A DNA stretch of 64,000 nt from the NCBI GenBank assembly GCA_951406725.2, contig OX597822.1, positions 91,388,001-91,452,000 of the forward strand, written 5' to 3'. Under the pieces are notes generated by a model. It was not told where the DNA came from and ran no database searches. It was given only the letters and a program-made list of their open reading frames with translations. Positions 51,105 through 63,733 of this stretch are shown piece by piece; position 1 is the stretch's first letter, and each line of letters starts with the position of its first letter. A program made the position numbers and the translations under genes. The DNA comes from Octopus vulgaris (Eukaryota).

Positions 51105-51196
51105 CTGCTCTTGCAAATTCTGGAATTTTAATGAGCACAAGCTACAACTGGTGCTGCTGTTAGCCACAGTCAAAACAGATTTGAAACTGGATGCAT
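51105..51196 (-). CDS. ANKZF1: ANKZF1 coding exon 2 (first half of C2H2 finger)
   Basis: ttttcag|(D)ASSFKSVLTVANSSTSCSLCSLKFQNLQEQ|gtact; 92 nt, phase 1/0; not in the ORF track. Confidence 0.93.
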
Positions 51197-51886
51197 CTGA
51201 AAATTGAAGATAATTTGTTAAGTATTTTAATACTTTGTAAGCTTTTTCCTTACAAGTTTAACCAAAAATTTCCTTCCTAAAATTAAATAAAGTACTTCCT
51301 ATGTTAGAAATAAAATTACCTTTTTTACATATAATCAACAAAAATACCTATTTGTCTTGCAAGAAATAAAATTCGCAATTTATAATATTAGAAGTGTTTG
51401 AGAAATGTAAAACTTTTAGTATCTTAGTACATTTATTTTGTTAAATACTTCTATTGGGTCCTTTGAAGTTACTTAAAATATATTAAAGCAGTTTGATAAC
51501 CAAACACCAACATGTAAAGTTCTAAAAGATCACAGACTGCAAACTGTAAATCGACCAATTTAGCTCTCACTTGATTTGAGTGATAAAATAGACAATTGGA
51601 GTAACTCTTGAAATTCTGTCATTCTTTCTGTCATTTTTCAAGAAAGGTAAAAGGTGAAACCAAATATTGTAAATTACAAAATTTGATTTTCATGATACAT
51701 AAATAACACATTTTTAATTAGGTATTAGTTTCTGTAAATAATTCAACTGAATTGATCCAATTTACTTGTTTTCCTGGTGAAACTGAATTAAAAGTCAACT
51801 CAGAACTGAATAGGGTAACACTAGAGTAAAAATTTAGTTTGACATTCCATCGTCTTATCTATCTCAGCCTCTTCTATATTATTTTA

Positions 51887-52515
51887 CTAGCTGAGGTACC
51901 CGGTAATAAATTACCGTTAATAAGATGTCTGTTTACAGCCATGAAACATTTTTTGTCAAATTTCAACATTTTTCAAAAATTTAAAATCTATATTAATGAG
52001 AAGGACTAATTTGACAAAAAATGAGCAGAGTCTGGTAGCAAACCCGTGTCATCATCATTTCTATGTATGTGCATAAAATGGCAAAATTTTACACTTTGGG
52101 GTAGATTTTGTCAAATTGATGTCACTATGGCTCATGTGCAAAATGCCTAAATTTTGCTTGAGAAATAAAATGCTCTTATCTAATCAAAACCTGAAATGCT
52201 GGGGAATTAAAACAACAAATTGAAATAAGTTTTAGGAAATCAAAGCAATTTGCACTGAAATGCAGAATTAGCAAATGCTAAACAGATTACTGTTAATAGG
52301 CTGTCTGTTTATACCCATGAAACAGTTTTTGTCAAATTGATGTCACAATGGCTAGTGTGAAAAATGCAGAAATTTTGTGATTTTTGAAAAAAATCGATGC
52401 TGATTAAAAATTCATTTTTTTTTTTAATTCCAAGTGCGTAAGTGACCTCATGGGCATAAGCCCCCTACACATGTCAAGTTTCATCAAGGTCAAACTTGTC
52501 ATTTATTATTATAGA
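51887..52515 (-). mobile_element. Non-autonomous Helitron
   Basis: Minus-strand A|TCTATAATAATAAAT start, hairpin cggtaataaattaccg, CTAG|T end; internal direct repeats. Confidence 0.75.
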
Positions 52516-52598
52516 TAACAATAGGGATAATACTAAAAAGATTATTACAAAACATTTACCTTGTAATGCAAATACATAAAAGGAAATTTTAAATTTAC

Positions 52599-52803
52599 CT
52601 GACTCAGATGGTTCAGTATAAAGCTCTTGGAAAACAAATTCTGATGAAGATGTACCAATGAAACAGCTCTGATTAATGGAAGGATCACATGCTGCCAACT
52701 GTAAACCAACTAATTTAGCTTTAACTTGGTTTACTTGATACAATGGACAACTGGAGTAACTCTGAGGTTCTCCTTTTGTCAGTTTTCGATAATCAGTTGA
52801 CAT
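52599..52803 (-). CDS. ANKZF1: ANKZF1 coding exon 1 (ATG at 52803; exon starts at 52806)
   Basis: taatccag|gcaATG MSTDYRKLTKGEPQSYSSCPLYQV..LVGLQLA..YTEPSES|gtaaat; phase 1 joins exon 2; N-terminus poorly conserved. Confidence 0.75.
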
Positions 52804-53321
52804 TGCCTGGATTAAAGAAAAGGTACATTTCATACAAAATAATATAGTAAATCAAATAAAGCTGTCAAAGCTAAACCAAGAGACTTGGCAAGAAGTATTA
52901 ATGCCAGGCTTTAGGAAGTTAGCTAGAAAAGACAAATCAGTTTAACTTACACCCTCATTAAAATGGGATAAATAGATAATGAGAGAATGGTAGATTATTT
53001 ATCCAATGCATAACAACTGTATATGTAAAGGTTGATACAAAATGTGGTAAGCTCCAATATTCTAACAGGGAACTTTTGTGTAATTCAAAGCTGAAGCTTT
53101 TCTTAAAAATTAAATCAGGCAATGAATAAGTGCTATAAAAACATCTAGCAATGACCAACTGAATAGATGCATTAGACATATGAGTATTACTTTAAATATT
53201 TTCATATATTGTAATTTTAGATATAGATACTTTTTTTAATATTTTTTACCTCTGATATTAATTTCAAATATTTAGCAGGTGCTTATAGATAGTAAGAAGG
53301 AATATGACTTAGAAGGTAAAT

Positions 53322-53460
53322 TAATGTAGTCTACAACATAGGATGCATAGAAGGTGCTTGTAAAGATATGAACATGAAATACATAGGGGAGACATCTAGG
53401 AGCATTGCGGAAAGACTAAATGAACATTTGAGACAATATGATGACAAAAAGAGTCCTCCA
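53322..53460 (+). mobile_element. Penelope-like GIY-YIG fragment
   Basis: NVVYNIGCIEGACKDMNMKYIGETSRSIAERLNEHLR. Confidence 0.75.
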
Positions 53461-53823
53461 AGCAAAAAATCCAGGGTTTTTTTTTCCTTAGTGAAGATCT
53501 TGCGGGTGTATGCCGTTTGAAAGGTATATATATACAATTTTATTAAAAGATATTCAGTTTCCTTATAGTTATGAGGGAAAAAAATTGGATCTTGTGATTC
53601 TCCGAAGTCCTCTCCCCACCCCTTCGGAAAAGATTTTACCCACAAATTTCATTATAATCGTAATATATGCTGTTTGAAAGATATTTATATAAAATTTTAT
53701 TAAAAAAAAACAAACCATTTCCCAAAAAGTTGAGGGGAAAACTTGGATCTTGTGAATTTTCCGAAGCCTTCCCACTCCCATTGCTTTCTGCAAATTTTTG
53801 TTTTCATATTTGTTTTCTACACC

Positions 53824-55068
53824 TGTAGCAGACCCTTAGTGAAATTCTCTCTCTTTGACATATATAACATAAATACGGATGTAGCAGATAACTAACCTTT
53901 GGCCACTTGGGCCCTGTTTTGTCCACTACACTGATTGGTTGGTATTGGCGCAGTTTGCCTCTTGCTGTATTGTGTGCCAATATGCAACCCAACCAATCGC
54001 AACCTTCTGATAAGGTCCCGTGACACAGTCTTCTAAACTCTCTGCTGGAGCCTATAATTTGCTATAAAACCCAGTGATTCATCGAGTCGAGTGTCTTTGG
54101 TTCTCACCACTGACCACAGAGTACAGCCAGTTCCAGCGACAGACTACACCAACAGCATTTCCAGACTTCCACCTACGTCACCTTCATCTTAACGTCATCT
54201 CTACCATCGTCACCTTCATCTTAACGATGCCAACAGCAACTTTGCCTAGGTTTAACTTCTCACTGTTTATGAATACTTCACCATGGTTAACAGTAAGCTC
54301 AACCTGCAAGTACTTTCTGTACCAAGTAACCCGGCACAGCATAGCAGCCACAACAGCTTACGCGACATGTGTTCAACCAGCTCTGCCTTGTTTGCCTCAA
54401 CTTCTTTGCTACAGAACTTCAGCTATTGTGTACTTTAATACAAACTGGTATTTAAGGCGGTGAGCTGGCGGAAACGCTAGCATGCCGGGCGAAATGCGTA
54501 GCCGTATTTCATCTACCGTTACATTCTGAGTTCAAATTCTGCCGAGGTCGACTTTGCCTTTCATCCTTTCGGGGTCGATAAATTAAGTACCAGTTGCGCA
54601 CTGGGATCGATGTAATCGATTTAATCCGTTTGTCTGTCCTTATTTGTCCTCTCTGTGTTTAGCTCCTTATGGGTAGTAAAGAAATAGGTATTTATCCCAC
54701 ACTTCATTGTGTCTGAGCTTCTAGTATCCTGTTATAGACTCATTTCTATGCTCTGTATTTTATCTCACACGCATACACCCTTGTTTGTACACACATACAC
54801 ATTATTGTATGCATGACGGCCTGTCTATTATTATTGTTCTTATTATATATGTACTTATGACGCACACACGTACACACACTCTGCTATCCACATGTTAACA
54901 TCTAAATAAAACCTTTCTCTTACATTCTTTGGTTGTGTCATCTTCACTCTTTTCCTTTCTGGCACTCTTATTCATTTATCCATATTTTGGCTTTTATTGT
55001 AAGGTGACCATGTGGTGTTTAAAGGAGTCATTCATTCGTCACCTCTCCTTTCGCACGGTCGTTCTACA
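53824..55068 (+). mobile_element. Solo LTR (Gypsy-type) containing a SINE
   Basis: TGTAG..CTACA, 4-bp TSD cacc, CCAAT boxes, TATAAAA (~54063), AATAAA (~54906). Confidence 0.82.
54455..54686 (+). mobile_element. SINE family A
   Basis: Reverse complement of the 29981-30209 family; flanking repeat ggtattta. Confidence 0.88.
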
Positions 55069-55351
55069 CACCCGTTGCACTATTTTTTCGATTTCGTTTC
55101 CAGGTAATAACGTCAACATTAACCAATTATTCAATTCAATATCATGTTTATTATAGAGATTATGTAACAAATTATACTTTTAACTTCTATATTTAACTGT
55201 GCGTGTATATTCCTTATTTTTGCTTCTGGCATCTTCTGCCTCTCTATTAGAAACGTTTATCTGGGAATTTACTTAAAGTAAAAAAAAAAGTAGTATGCAA
55301 GAGGGAGAAAATGGGGAGGGTGGAAGTCTATCCAAGTCGTCTTAATAGCAT

Positions 55352-56450
55352 TGTAGGGATAACAACCGTACGTAAGGAGTTGGTGACAGAAATGTCTCCT
55401 TTTTAACACCACACTGTTGCCCCTAACAAAAGAATAAGCAGGATGACAACCACTCTACTGTTTGAGAGAGAAAGACTTTATTTACAGATGTGTACAATAG
55501 GATAAAGTATGGGTGCTAGTAAAGTGGAGTGTGTGTGCATGCAACAAGTGTTTGTATCTGTGTGTTCATGTGTGCGACAGAAGTACAAACAAGGTGTATG
55601 CAGAAAACAATAAAGAGCATAGAAGAAAAGAGTCTCTCAGGGTATTTTAGACAAGATGGAGTTAATTTACTAGTTTGTAGTAAGGTACACAATAGTAATA
55701 GTTCTGTTACAGGATGTTGGGGTCACAAGTGCAGAATGCCGGTTGAACACATGTCGTGTAGCAGTTGGGGCTTCAATGCTGTGCAAGGTCTCTTGAATTC
55801 TTGCAGGTAGAGTTGTGCTGTTTACCTAGGTGAATATCACAACAGCGAGAAAGCTAAACCTGGGCGAATGTTGTTGTGCACGTGTTGGTGTTGCTGGAGA
55901 TGGAGGCAACGGAGATGTAGACGTCGTGAAGTAGAAGGACAACGATGGTGATGGTGGTGGCAGAGTAAGGTGTCGTCGAGATGAAAGAGTCAGTGGTGGA
56001 GACGTCCTGCATTGTTGGCTGGAACAGGAACATGGCTGGCTGGTCTGGTCGTCTGTCACTTGAACATGGCTGAGTAGCTCTGTGGTCAGAGGTTAGTCCT
56101 GAAAAGGACTGTAACCAAAGACGCGTGTTGCTGGAACATGCTTGAGTCGCTGGGTGCTCTGTGGTTAGTGGTGAGAACCAAAGATGAGAAATAGTAATTT
56201 GCTGGCGCCTTTTATAACCTGCTAATGGCTCCAGTGAGAACCCAAAAAGACGGTGTCATGGGACCTTATCCGAAGGCTGTGATTGGTTGGCTTACACACT
56301 GGCGCAAAATAAATCAAGAGACAAGCTGCGCCAATGTCAACCAATCAGAGCAGTGGACTCAACAGGGTCAAAACAGCCGAAGATGGTTATCTAACACAAG
56401 ATCATTCCTAATATAGCTCTCAAAACAGTAAGGATATCAGCTACGCTACA
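55352..56450 (-). mobile_element. Solo LTR, diverged relative of 53824-55068
   Basis: TGTAG..CTACA, flanks gcat/gtat; shares ctgattggttg, gataaggtccc and ctttggttctcaccact with the other LTR in reverse orientation. Confidence 0.8.
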
Positions 56451-56793
56451 GTATATTTCTGTGTACCAGACCTTTAGCTGTTATTTTTAACATAACGGGT
56501 TTTCTGGTGAGGGCTTCGTTGGCCTTCATTGCCTGTTTGTTGCTTCAGTAGAAATCTACGGATGCACAAACGCACAAAACGGAGAAAATCAAACAAATAT
56601 GGACAACTTGTTCCGAAACACCCGATGGAGGGGCAGAAATCAGCGATTATGCCGTCTTTTTATCATATCATTGTCAGGACTAGTACAGTTTGGCTTGTCA
56701 ACAAACAATTTCGCAATAATACGTAAAATAAACCGAGGAAAAAAGGTCTCTACCTGACCTACAAGAAACAGCAGTCACATGTTTCCCACTTAC

Positions 56794-56899
56794 ACTCTAC
56801 TATCTTTAAAAAAAGAGGAAAGACGCGCGCGCACACACACCAAAGATATGGACAACGTAGTTCTGATGTACACAATAACGGTACAGTCACAGAGAACAG
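56794..56899 (-). other. Candidate ANKZF1 5'UTR exon
   Basis: tttgctcacag| ... |gtaagt in a CpG-retaining unique region; no transcript evidence. Confidence 0.35.
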
Positions 56900-57439
56900 C
56901 TGTGAGCAAATAAACATTAATAGAACATTTTGTTCCTTTATACGAGCAAAAATTCACACTACCTAAACAACTCTTTGAAATTAATTTTTTAAAAACGAAG
57001 CTTAAAGTCATAAAAATATTTTAATTACAAAAAAATGGAAAAATATTTCGTCATCCAAACTGTATTCAGTAAAATAGTCCTCGACATTACATCTTGTACC
57101 ATTTCATTATCAATACCGATAAAGCGTCATTAAAAGTGAAACTGTACTATCGTTAAAATACCCTGCAATCGATTTCATTAATCCAGATTTTCTAACAACT
57201 AGTTTATACATCTTATATTTGATTCTATTCGCTTATATTCCGATTAATCCTAAAATTCTAAAGCATAAAAAACTGAAAAATTTCCGAATCAAACTATATC
57301 AAAAAGTGTGCTAAATCAAAGTATAACATCTTTTCAAGTACTTAATTACATAGTGATAAGATTTTCAACTTTACATATAATAAAGAATCAAACATTAAAT
57401 TAATGATGAAATAAATATATTTGTATTTATTTTACTCAC

Positions 57440-57520
57440 AACAGATAACGCACGCACCGGATACAGCAACTGTTTAGTCTAAAACGGTGTAGCCGTTAAT
57501 ATATCTCTTTTTAAAAAGTG
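57440..57520 (-). promoter_or_regulatory. Candidate ANKZF1 first exon/TSS region
   Basis: Strong donor |gtgagt at 57439 and local CpG enrichment (about 56.5-57.6 kb); coding exon 1 has an acceptor, so an upstream exon must exist. Confidence 0.35.
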
Positions 57521-57634
57521 ATATCGAGAAATTATTTTCTTTTGAATAGACATCTGACAGGCCATATTTTTTTTTTCACATCTATTGCAATTCATTTATT
57601 TCTACGACACAGTTACAATAAACAAAAACAAAAA

Positions 57635-58857
57635 GGTACTTTTTGGTTATTTCATCCCCATTAAAAATTTCCCATTAAAACACTGGGTTATCCCCCCTCT
57701 AAAAAATTGAGTTTATGTGGCAACAAGATTGGATTAAAAGATTTAGATCATTTTGATTCAATACTTCAACACGATGTTGACGTTTGGCCTCCTCAGTAGG
57801 CATGGTATGATTTGTTATAAAAATGTCATCAAATTCAGTAAGATGTTTAATTATTTCAGTTTTCGTGTTTATTAATTTTTTCAGTTTTGTATGATTTGTT
57901 ATAAAAATATTATCAGATTCAACACGTGGCTTCATCGTTTCACTTAAAAAAATTTTTTTATTAAAGGTTAAACAATTTGGATCTTTTCTTTTTGAACGGC
58001 ACTTTGTAACATAATTTCTAGGTAACTAAAAAGTTTTTAACTTCGTATACTGGTAGAATGTGTTTATGAAACATCATTTTTCTTGGCTTTATTGAGAAAA
58101 TTCTATAGGTTGTAAGATATTTCGTCTTTAATTTCGAGCATTTCGGCAATTTTAACCAATCGCTGACGTCCATTTAGGTAAATAACATTCTGTGCATAAT
58201 GAATATGTCCCTCCTTTAAGAAACAGATTGGGTTTATTTACATTTGGGAAGAAAAAGATACCCTTCCCCTACCCCAACCCTAAATCTAAAATAGATTGAA
58301 ATGCAATAGATCGATACTAGGATTATAATTATGGGTGACAATTTCATACGACACTGCTACGGAAAATGGGATTTTTTTCTAGCGGTGTCAAATGAAAATG
58401 TCACCCATAATTATGGCCCTAGTATCGATCTATTACATTTCAATCTATTTTAGAGTTGGGGTTAGGGGTTGGGGAAAGGTATCTTTTTTTCTTCACAAAT
58501 GTAAATAAACCCAGTCTGTTTCTTAAACGAGGGACATATTCATTATGCACAGAATGTTATTTACCTAAATGGATGTCAGCGATTGGTTAAAATTGCTGAA
58601 ATGCTCGAAATTAAAGATGAAATATCTTACAACCTATAGAATTTTCTCAATAAAGCTAAGAGAAAATGATGTTTTATAAACACATTCTACCAGTATACGA
58701 AGTTAAAAACTTTTTAGTTACCTAGAAATTATGTTACAAAGTGCCGTTCAAAAGGAAAAGATCCAACAATTTCTTTAGTTGAGGGAGATAGCCAAAAATA
58801 CCGATATTTCTCATAAAACCCAATATTTTAATGGGAGTGAGATAACCAAAATGTACC
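57635..58857. mobile_element. Merlin-like MITE (outer element)
   Basis: TIR ggtactttttggttat / ataaccaaaatgtacc; 8-bp TSD aacaaaaa at 57627-57634 and 58858-58865. Confidence 0.82.
57979..58764. mobile_element. Foldback MITE (inner element), same family as 24121-24754
   Basis: GGATC..GATCC, 8-bp TSD aacaattt, near-perfect arms of about 380 bp, loop about 20 nt. Confidence 0.92.
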
Positions 58858-59244
58858 AACAAAAATTGATCTGTTATGGTGGATGGCATGATGTCAAAAT
58901 CTAACAGAATTGTAAGGACTAACTTATGAAAAATTGTTTACTGAATTAGCAAGATTGCCAAGCAAAGACACAAGATGAAAAAAACTGTTTGTCTGAATAG
59001 GGTTGTAGTAGAGAGGGTAGTGGCTTTATGCCAGATGTCGGGAGGCTTAAGTATGACAGAGGGGCAGGTACAGATACCTTGCTACAAAAGAAACACATGT
59101 GCAATAATAAAGTTTAATGTCAAGATGCATTGGAGAAATGAGCTATTGAAGAACAATATTAATTGCTTGTTAAGATTGCCATTAATTAATATATTATGTT
59201 TAGTCGTTACAATAAAGAAGATACAACTTCGTCGAGTTGTATCT

Positions 59245-59659
59245 CTCTTTACTCTTTTACTTGTTTCAGTCATTTGACTGTGGCCATGCTGGAGCACCGC
59301 CTTTAGTCGATCGAGCAAATCGACCCCAGGACTTATTCTTTGTAAGCCTAGTACTTATCCTATCGGTCTCTTTTGCCGAACTGCTAAGTTACGGGGACGT
59401 GAACACACCAGCATCGGTTGTCAAGCAATGTTGGGTGGACAAACACAGACACACAAACATATACACACGCATACACATATATATATACATATATACGACA
59501 GGCTTCTTTCAGTTTCCGTCTACCAAATCCACTCACAAGGCTTTGGTCGGCCCGAGACTATAGTAGAAGACACTTGCCCAAGATGCCACGCAGTGGGACT
59601 GAACCTGGAACCATGTGGTTGGTAAGCAAGCTACTTACCACACAGCCACTCCTGCGCCT
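59245..59659 (-). mobile_element. SINE family B, full length
   Basis: Reverse complement of 14939-15364. Confidence 0.9.
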
Positions 59660-60082
59660 ATGTATGTACAAAATTGTTGTTGTTGCAATAAACAATTGCC
59701 TCTAATTTTATAGCCCTTTGTCAGCTTCATTTCTGTGTGACTACAATAGAGAGACAGGGTAATAAAATCAAGGCAGTTAGAGTAACAGTTGTGTTGTCCT
59801 GCTCATCATGACAGGATATACTTGAAGTGAGAAAGATAGACATGGTTCTTGGTGAACACCAAGTTAACAAAGAGAAGATTTAATTCACTGTTGCATTTTT
59901 ATATTCTTCTCACTAGACTAGGTTAAGCTAAAAACAAAGGATTCTTCCTCTGTATCTGATTTGACCTGTGAATAACTTGTAAAAGTCCAAAAGGTCAACT
60001 TAATCTCATAATTCTTTTAGTGCAATAGCCCAATGTTATCAATTATAATATCCTATCAGTAATTCCTTTCTGCAATAGTAAA

Positions 60083-60900
60083 TCTCTTATTATAAAAGGC
60101 AGATTTTATCTGCCTCCCTTTGTAACTTATAGAAATCTACAATATAGGATTTCTTCAATTACAATTTACCTAGCATTTTTAAGAGTAGAATGCATCGGGT
60201 CATGCCAGGTCCAGTTTTTAAAATTTAAACTCCAATTAAGCAAAATTTACAGAAAACTCACATTCTGGTGTGTATGTCAAATGCTTTTCTTAATGTGGTT
60301 TACACCACACGCACACGCACACACACAAAAAGGGAGCGATCTCATTCACTCACGCTATCACTCATTTCTGCGACTTTCTCTTTGCACGTTTGCAGCGATT
60401 AAAGTGAAACTAATTCGATAAAACGAGAGAAGTGTACCTTAAACCACTACTAAAAAAAAAAAAACAGCAAACAGAAACAAATAAATACATAACGATTTAC
60501 TCCTCACACAATTTCTTCAATTAGAGTGTACCCATGATTTTTCAGAGTACTTCAGTGGGTGATGCCATAAAAAATTTCTTTCAATTTTACCACCAATTAA
60601 GACAAAATTCGAGAAAACTCAATATTTTAACATATCACTCCGAAAGCATTGATGTACATGTGTGCGTGCGTGAGTGTGTGTGTGTCATTCCTCACACACA
60701 CGCATACACATACATATACAACTACATACAACTACATACAACTACATACAAACACGTGTGTGTTTGTTATTAGTAAAAAAGGCGCCAAAACACAACTCAC
60801 TTATCATTCCAACACATTTGCAAAGACACACGGACGGTGGAATTGCTATAACAATACAGAAAAGGTAAATTGGTTTTTATTTTACTCTGTATATATTTTA
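60083..60900 (+). mobile_element. Probable Helitron-like fragment
   Basis: A|TCTCTTATTATAAAAGG start typical of Helitron 5' ends; CpG-rich interior; 3' end not found. Confidence 0.4.
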
Positions 60901-61354
60901 TTATATAATATTATATATAGATATATGTATATATAATTGCAGTATGAAACAGTGTTTATGTATAAACAGACGACACTTATATATAGTTATTATAATAAGA
61001 GATTAATAAATGTATGCATCTGTTTAACCCTGTCGTTACCAAACCGCCCGAATTTACCTATTCATATTTAAATGAGAATATCAGAGCAAATCTCTTTAGT
61101 ACATTCGTGAAAACACGTATTATACTTCGTAAACACTTCAACTACAGTTTTGTACAAAAATCGAAGTGTAATTTTAATTCCGTGAATTATGGGAGATTTT
61201 TTTCCGAAATTTGTTCCTATTGTGTTTTCAAAATTTGTAATTCTGACAAAAAATGGATACGAATTTCATTATATCAAGCAGCGAGTCAGAATTCGAAGGA
61301 TTTTGTACTGAAGACTTTCATAAATCTAACTCTATGACTGAAAAAAAAAAAGCA

Positions 61355-61747
61355 TCTTTATATAAGAGTGAAGTTGTGTGTCTGTCTTCTACGATTTAGA
61401 TTCCTAACTACTCCCACATTTTGCGGTGCAGTTTAACCAAAAGCGGGTATCTTATAGTCGTGATTCATATCGAGCCCTTCTGGGTATTAGCGCGCGTCTA
61501 CGATGAGTCTACGATTTAAAAAAAATTTACCATCATATTTTTCCATTTTAATGCATTTTTCGCTTTTATATAAGGGAAGTAACTCTCTAAAAATATCTAC
61601 GATGTGTCAACGATTTAAAAAAAAATTTACCTTAATTTTTTTTCAATTTTTAATGCATTTTTTTGCTATTTTTTGGCTATAACTCTCTAAAAATGCTTAT
61701 ATAGTTATTTCCCTTACAACCCAAGCAACGCCGGGTGATACTGCTAG
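61355..61747 (+). mobile_element. Non-autonomous Helitron
   Basis: Same family as 33593-33889, with an internal duplication; A|TC..CTAG|T. Confidence 0.85.
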
Positions 61748-61957
61748 TAATAGATAAAAATATAGATATCTTATTTTGTATTGAGTACAAAAATGCAGCA
61801 CAGAGTAGATACTAAAGTGCTCCAGACTCACCATTCCACTTACAAGAGCCAGAGAGAATATCAACAAAGCAGGACTTCCAGAAGAAACAAAAACAACAAT
61901 CACATCTCTAAAGGCTGCATTGGTAAATGCCATACTTGCCGTTCCACAACCTGAAAT

Positions 61958-62370
61958 CCCAGCCAGCAAAACCATATCGGGCCAATATCAAACTGATGTT
62001 GTCACCTATATCAGCCCTACATCAGAAATTGCGTCGGTTTGATTTCAGCCCAATTTCATTTTGCAACGTAGTAAAACATTGGGCCAACATATTCCCTGAT
62101 GTTGGGCCAATATGAATATGAGATTGGGCCGATGTGAGATTTTGGTCTCTTACATTGGGTTGACATTGGCCCAATGTCATATTCACATCAAGGTGACATC
62201 GGTCCGATATAAAAATGAGGTTGGACTGATGTATGGTTGTTCAACTTGAGGAAGTCTCAATATTGGCCTGAGCTGATTTTGCCAAATGCCTGATCTGGCT
62301 CCGAAATATATTCAAAGATGGGCTAATTGATGCATGATTAAACATTTATACTGGCTTGACATTGGCCACC
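61958..62370. mobile_element. Possible CACTA/EnSpm-like non-autonomous fragment
   Basis: CCCAG start followed by many short direct and inverted tgggccaa/ttggccc motifs; matching other end not seen. Confidence 0.4.
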
Positions 62371-62948
62371 CTTTATGGTCTCCATAGCATTACACTAGAC
62401 CACTGGCATGAATTGCTCTGATTCCAGCCTCATCAACCCAGCATTTGAAAATAAAAATGTAATATTGTTTCAATTTACAGCCAGTGAGGACCACCCACTG
62501 CTAAACAGAAACAATATTAAATTTATTTTGAAGATGTAAGTGTATGAGCATCAGTTTACACGGCATATGTAAGGGAATATCTGAAAAATCATGTAGAAAC
62601 TGCCAGAAAAAAATTAAAAATTGAACAACTCATTTTTCTTTTGCAAATGTCTTTTATTTTATAAACTATAACTTTGAAAAATGGCTATTTACAACACAAC
62701 AACAAAAGTAAATCACAACATTTAAAAGTGAATAAAAACAAAGACAAAATACACTGGCCAATATACACTGTAAAACTAAGATATTTATTCAGTTGGTGTT
62801 AAGGTCACTTATATAGCTGTGGCTATTTGTGACATAGTTCAACAATCATTCATATTATAAAAACCGGTAAATAAGGAGTAACAGTATTCATTTTAGGGTT
62901 CAATTTTATGATTTCCAGTTTGGGAGATTTGATAAAAATAAATACATT

Positions 62949-63200
62949 CAAAACGTGACAGTCCCGTGGAGGGAATTACACCACCGCTATATAGCCCTAG
63001 GAAGCATTGACGCTTCCTGTCGGCTTTGATACATTTTGTGTCCTTATATTCGCAAAGGGGAGGCAAGCTGGTGGAGGTGCTTGCCTCCCCTTTGCGAATA
63101 TAAGGACACAGAAAATGTGTCAAAGCCGACAGGAAGCGTCGATGCTTCCTAGGGCTATATAGCGGTGGTGTAATTCCCTCTACGGGACTTTCACGTTTTG
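62949..63200. repeat. Near-perfect 252-bp hairpin (about 120-bp arms, 10-nt loop)
   Basis: 62949-63068 is the reverse complement of 63079-63200 with about 4 substitutions and a 2-nt indel. Confidence 0.92.
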
Positions 63201-63733
63201 TTGACTTCATACAACCACTTTATCGCTCCACCACCGCTCATGTCTCGCTGAGACATTTAGAAATTCATTATTTCTAATAAATATATTCAGAATGTGTAGA
63301 AATAGGAAAAACACATTAAATGTGAGAGATATCGTCAATAAAATTGTATTTGAAACCACAGATAAGAGTATTACTTACTAACCTGGTGAATGAGTAAGTA
63401 ATCTGAATGGAAGACAAAATCATGTATGCAAAGCTATTCAGCCTATTGTTACCAGTGTGTCGCTAAAATAGATTACCTTAAAAAATTGAGGTAACCTGTA
63501 AACAGGTTATCTTAGTTTTCAATTTGTGCAGACCTGAGATCTGTGGCAGATTCATAGTCAAGAGCAAACTTGTCCAAATTTTTTTCTCTCCTCCTTCGGC
63601 CACCATTTTTGTCACTAGCAGTCCGAAGCCATTGGAATGATCCCAAAAGCTGCTTTCAAACAAAAAATGTTTTATTTTTCTCTTTATAAATAAATTTGAA
63701 ACCACTTTCCACATATCCTAAAGTATACCAATG

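Noticed and set aside
62893-63210. 105-aa minus-strand ORF
   Set aside because: Reads through the palindrome and shows no protein motif.
63478-63714. Minus-strand ORF with AAAATGGTGGCC as a gene start
   Set aside because: No recognisable domain or consistent exon chain.
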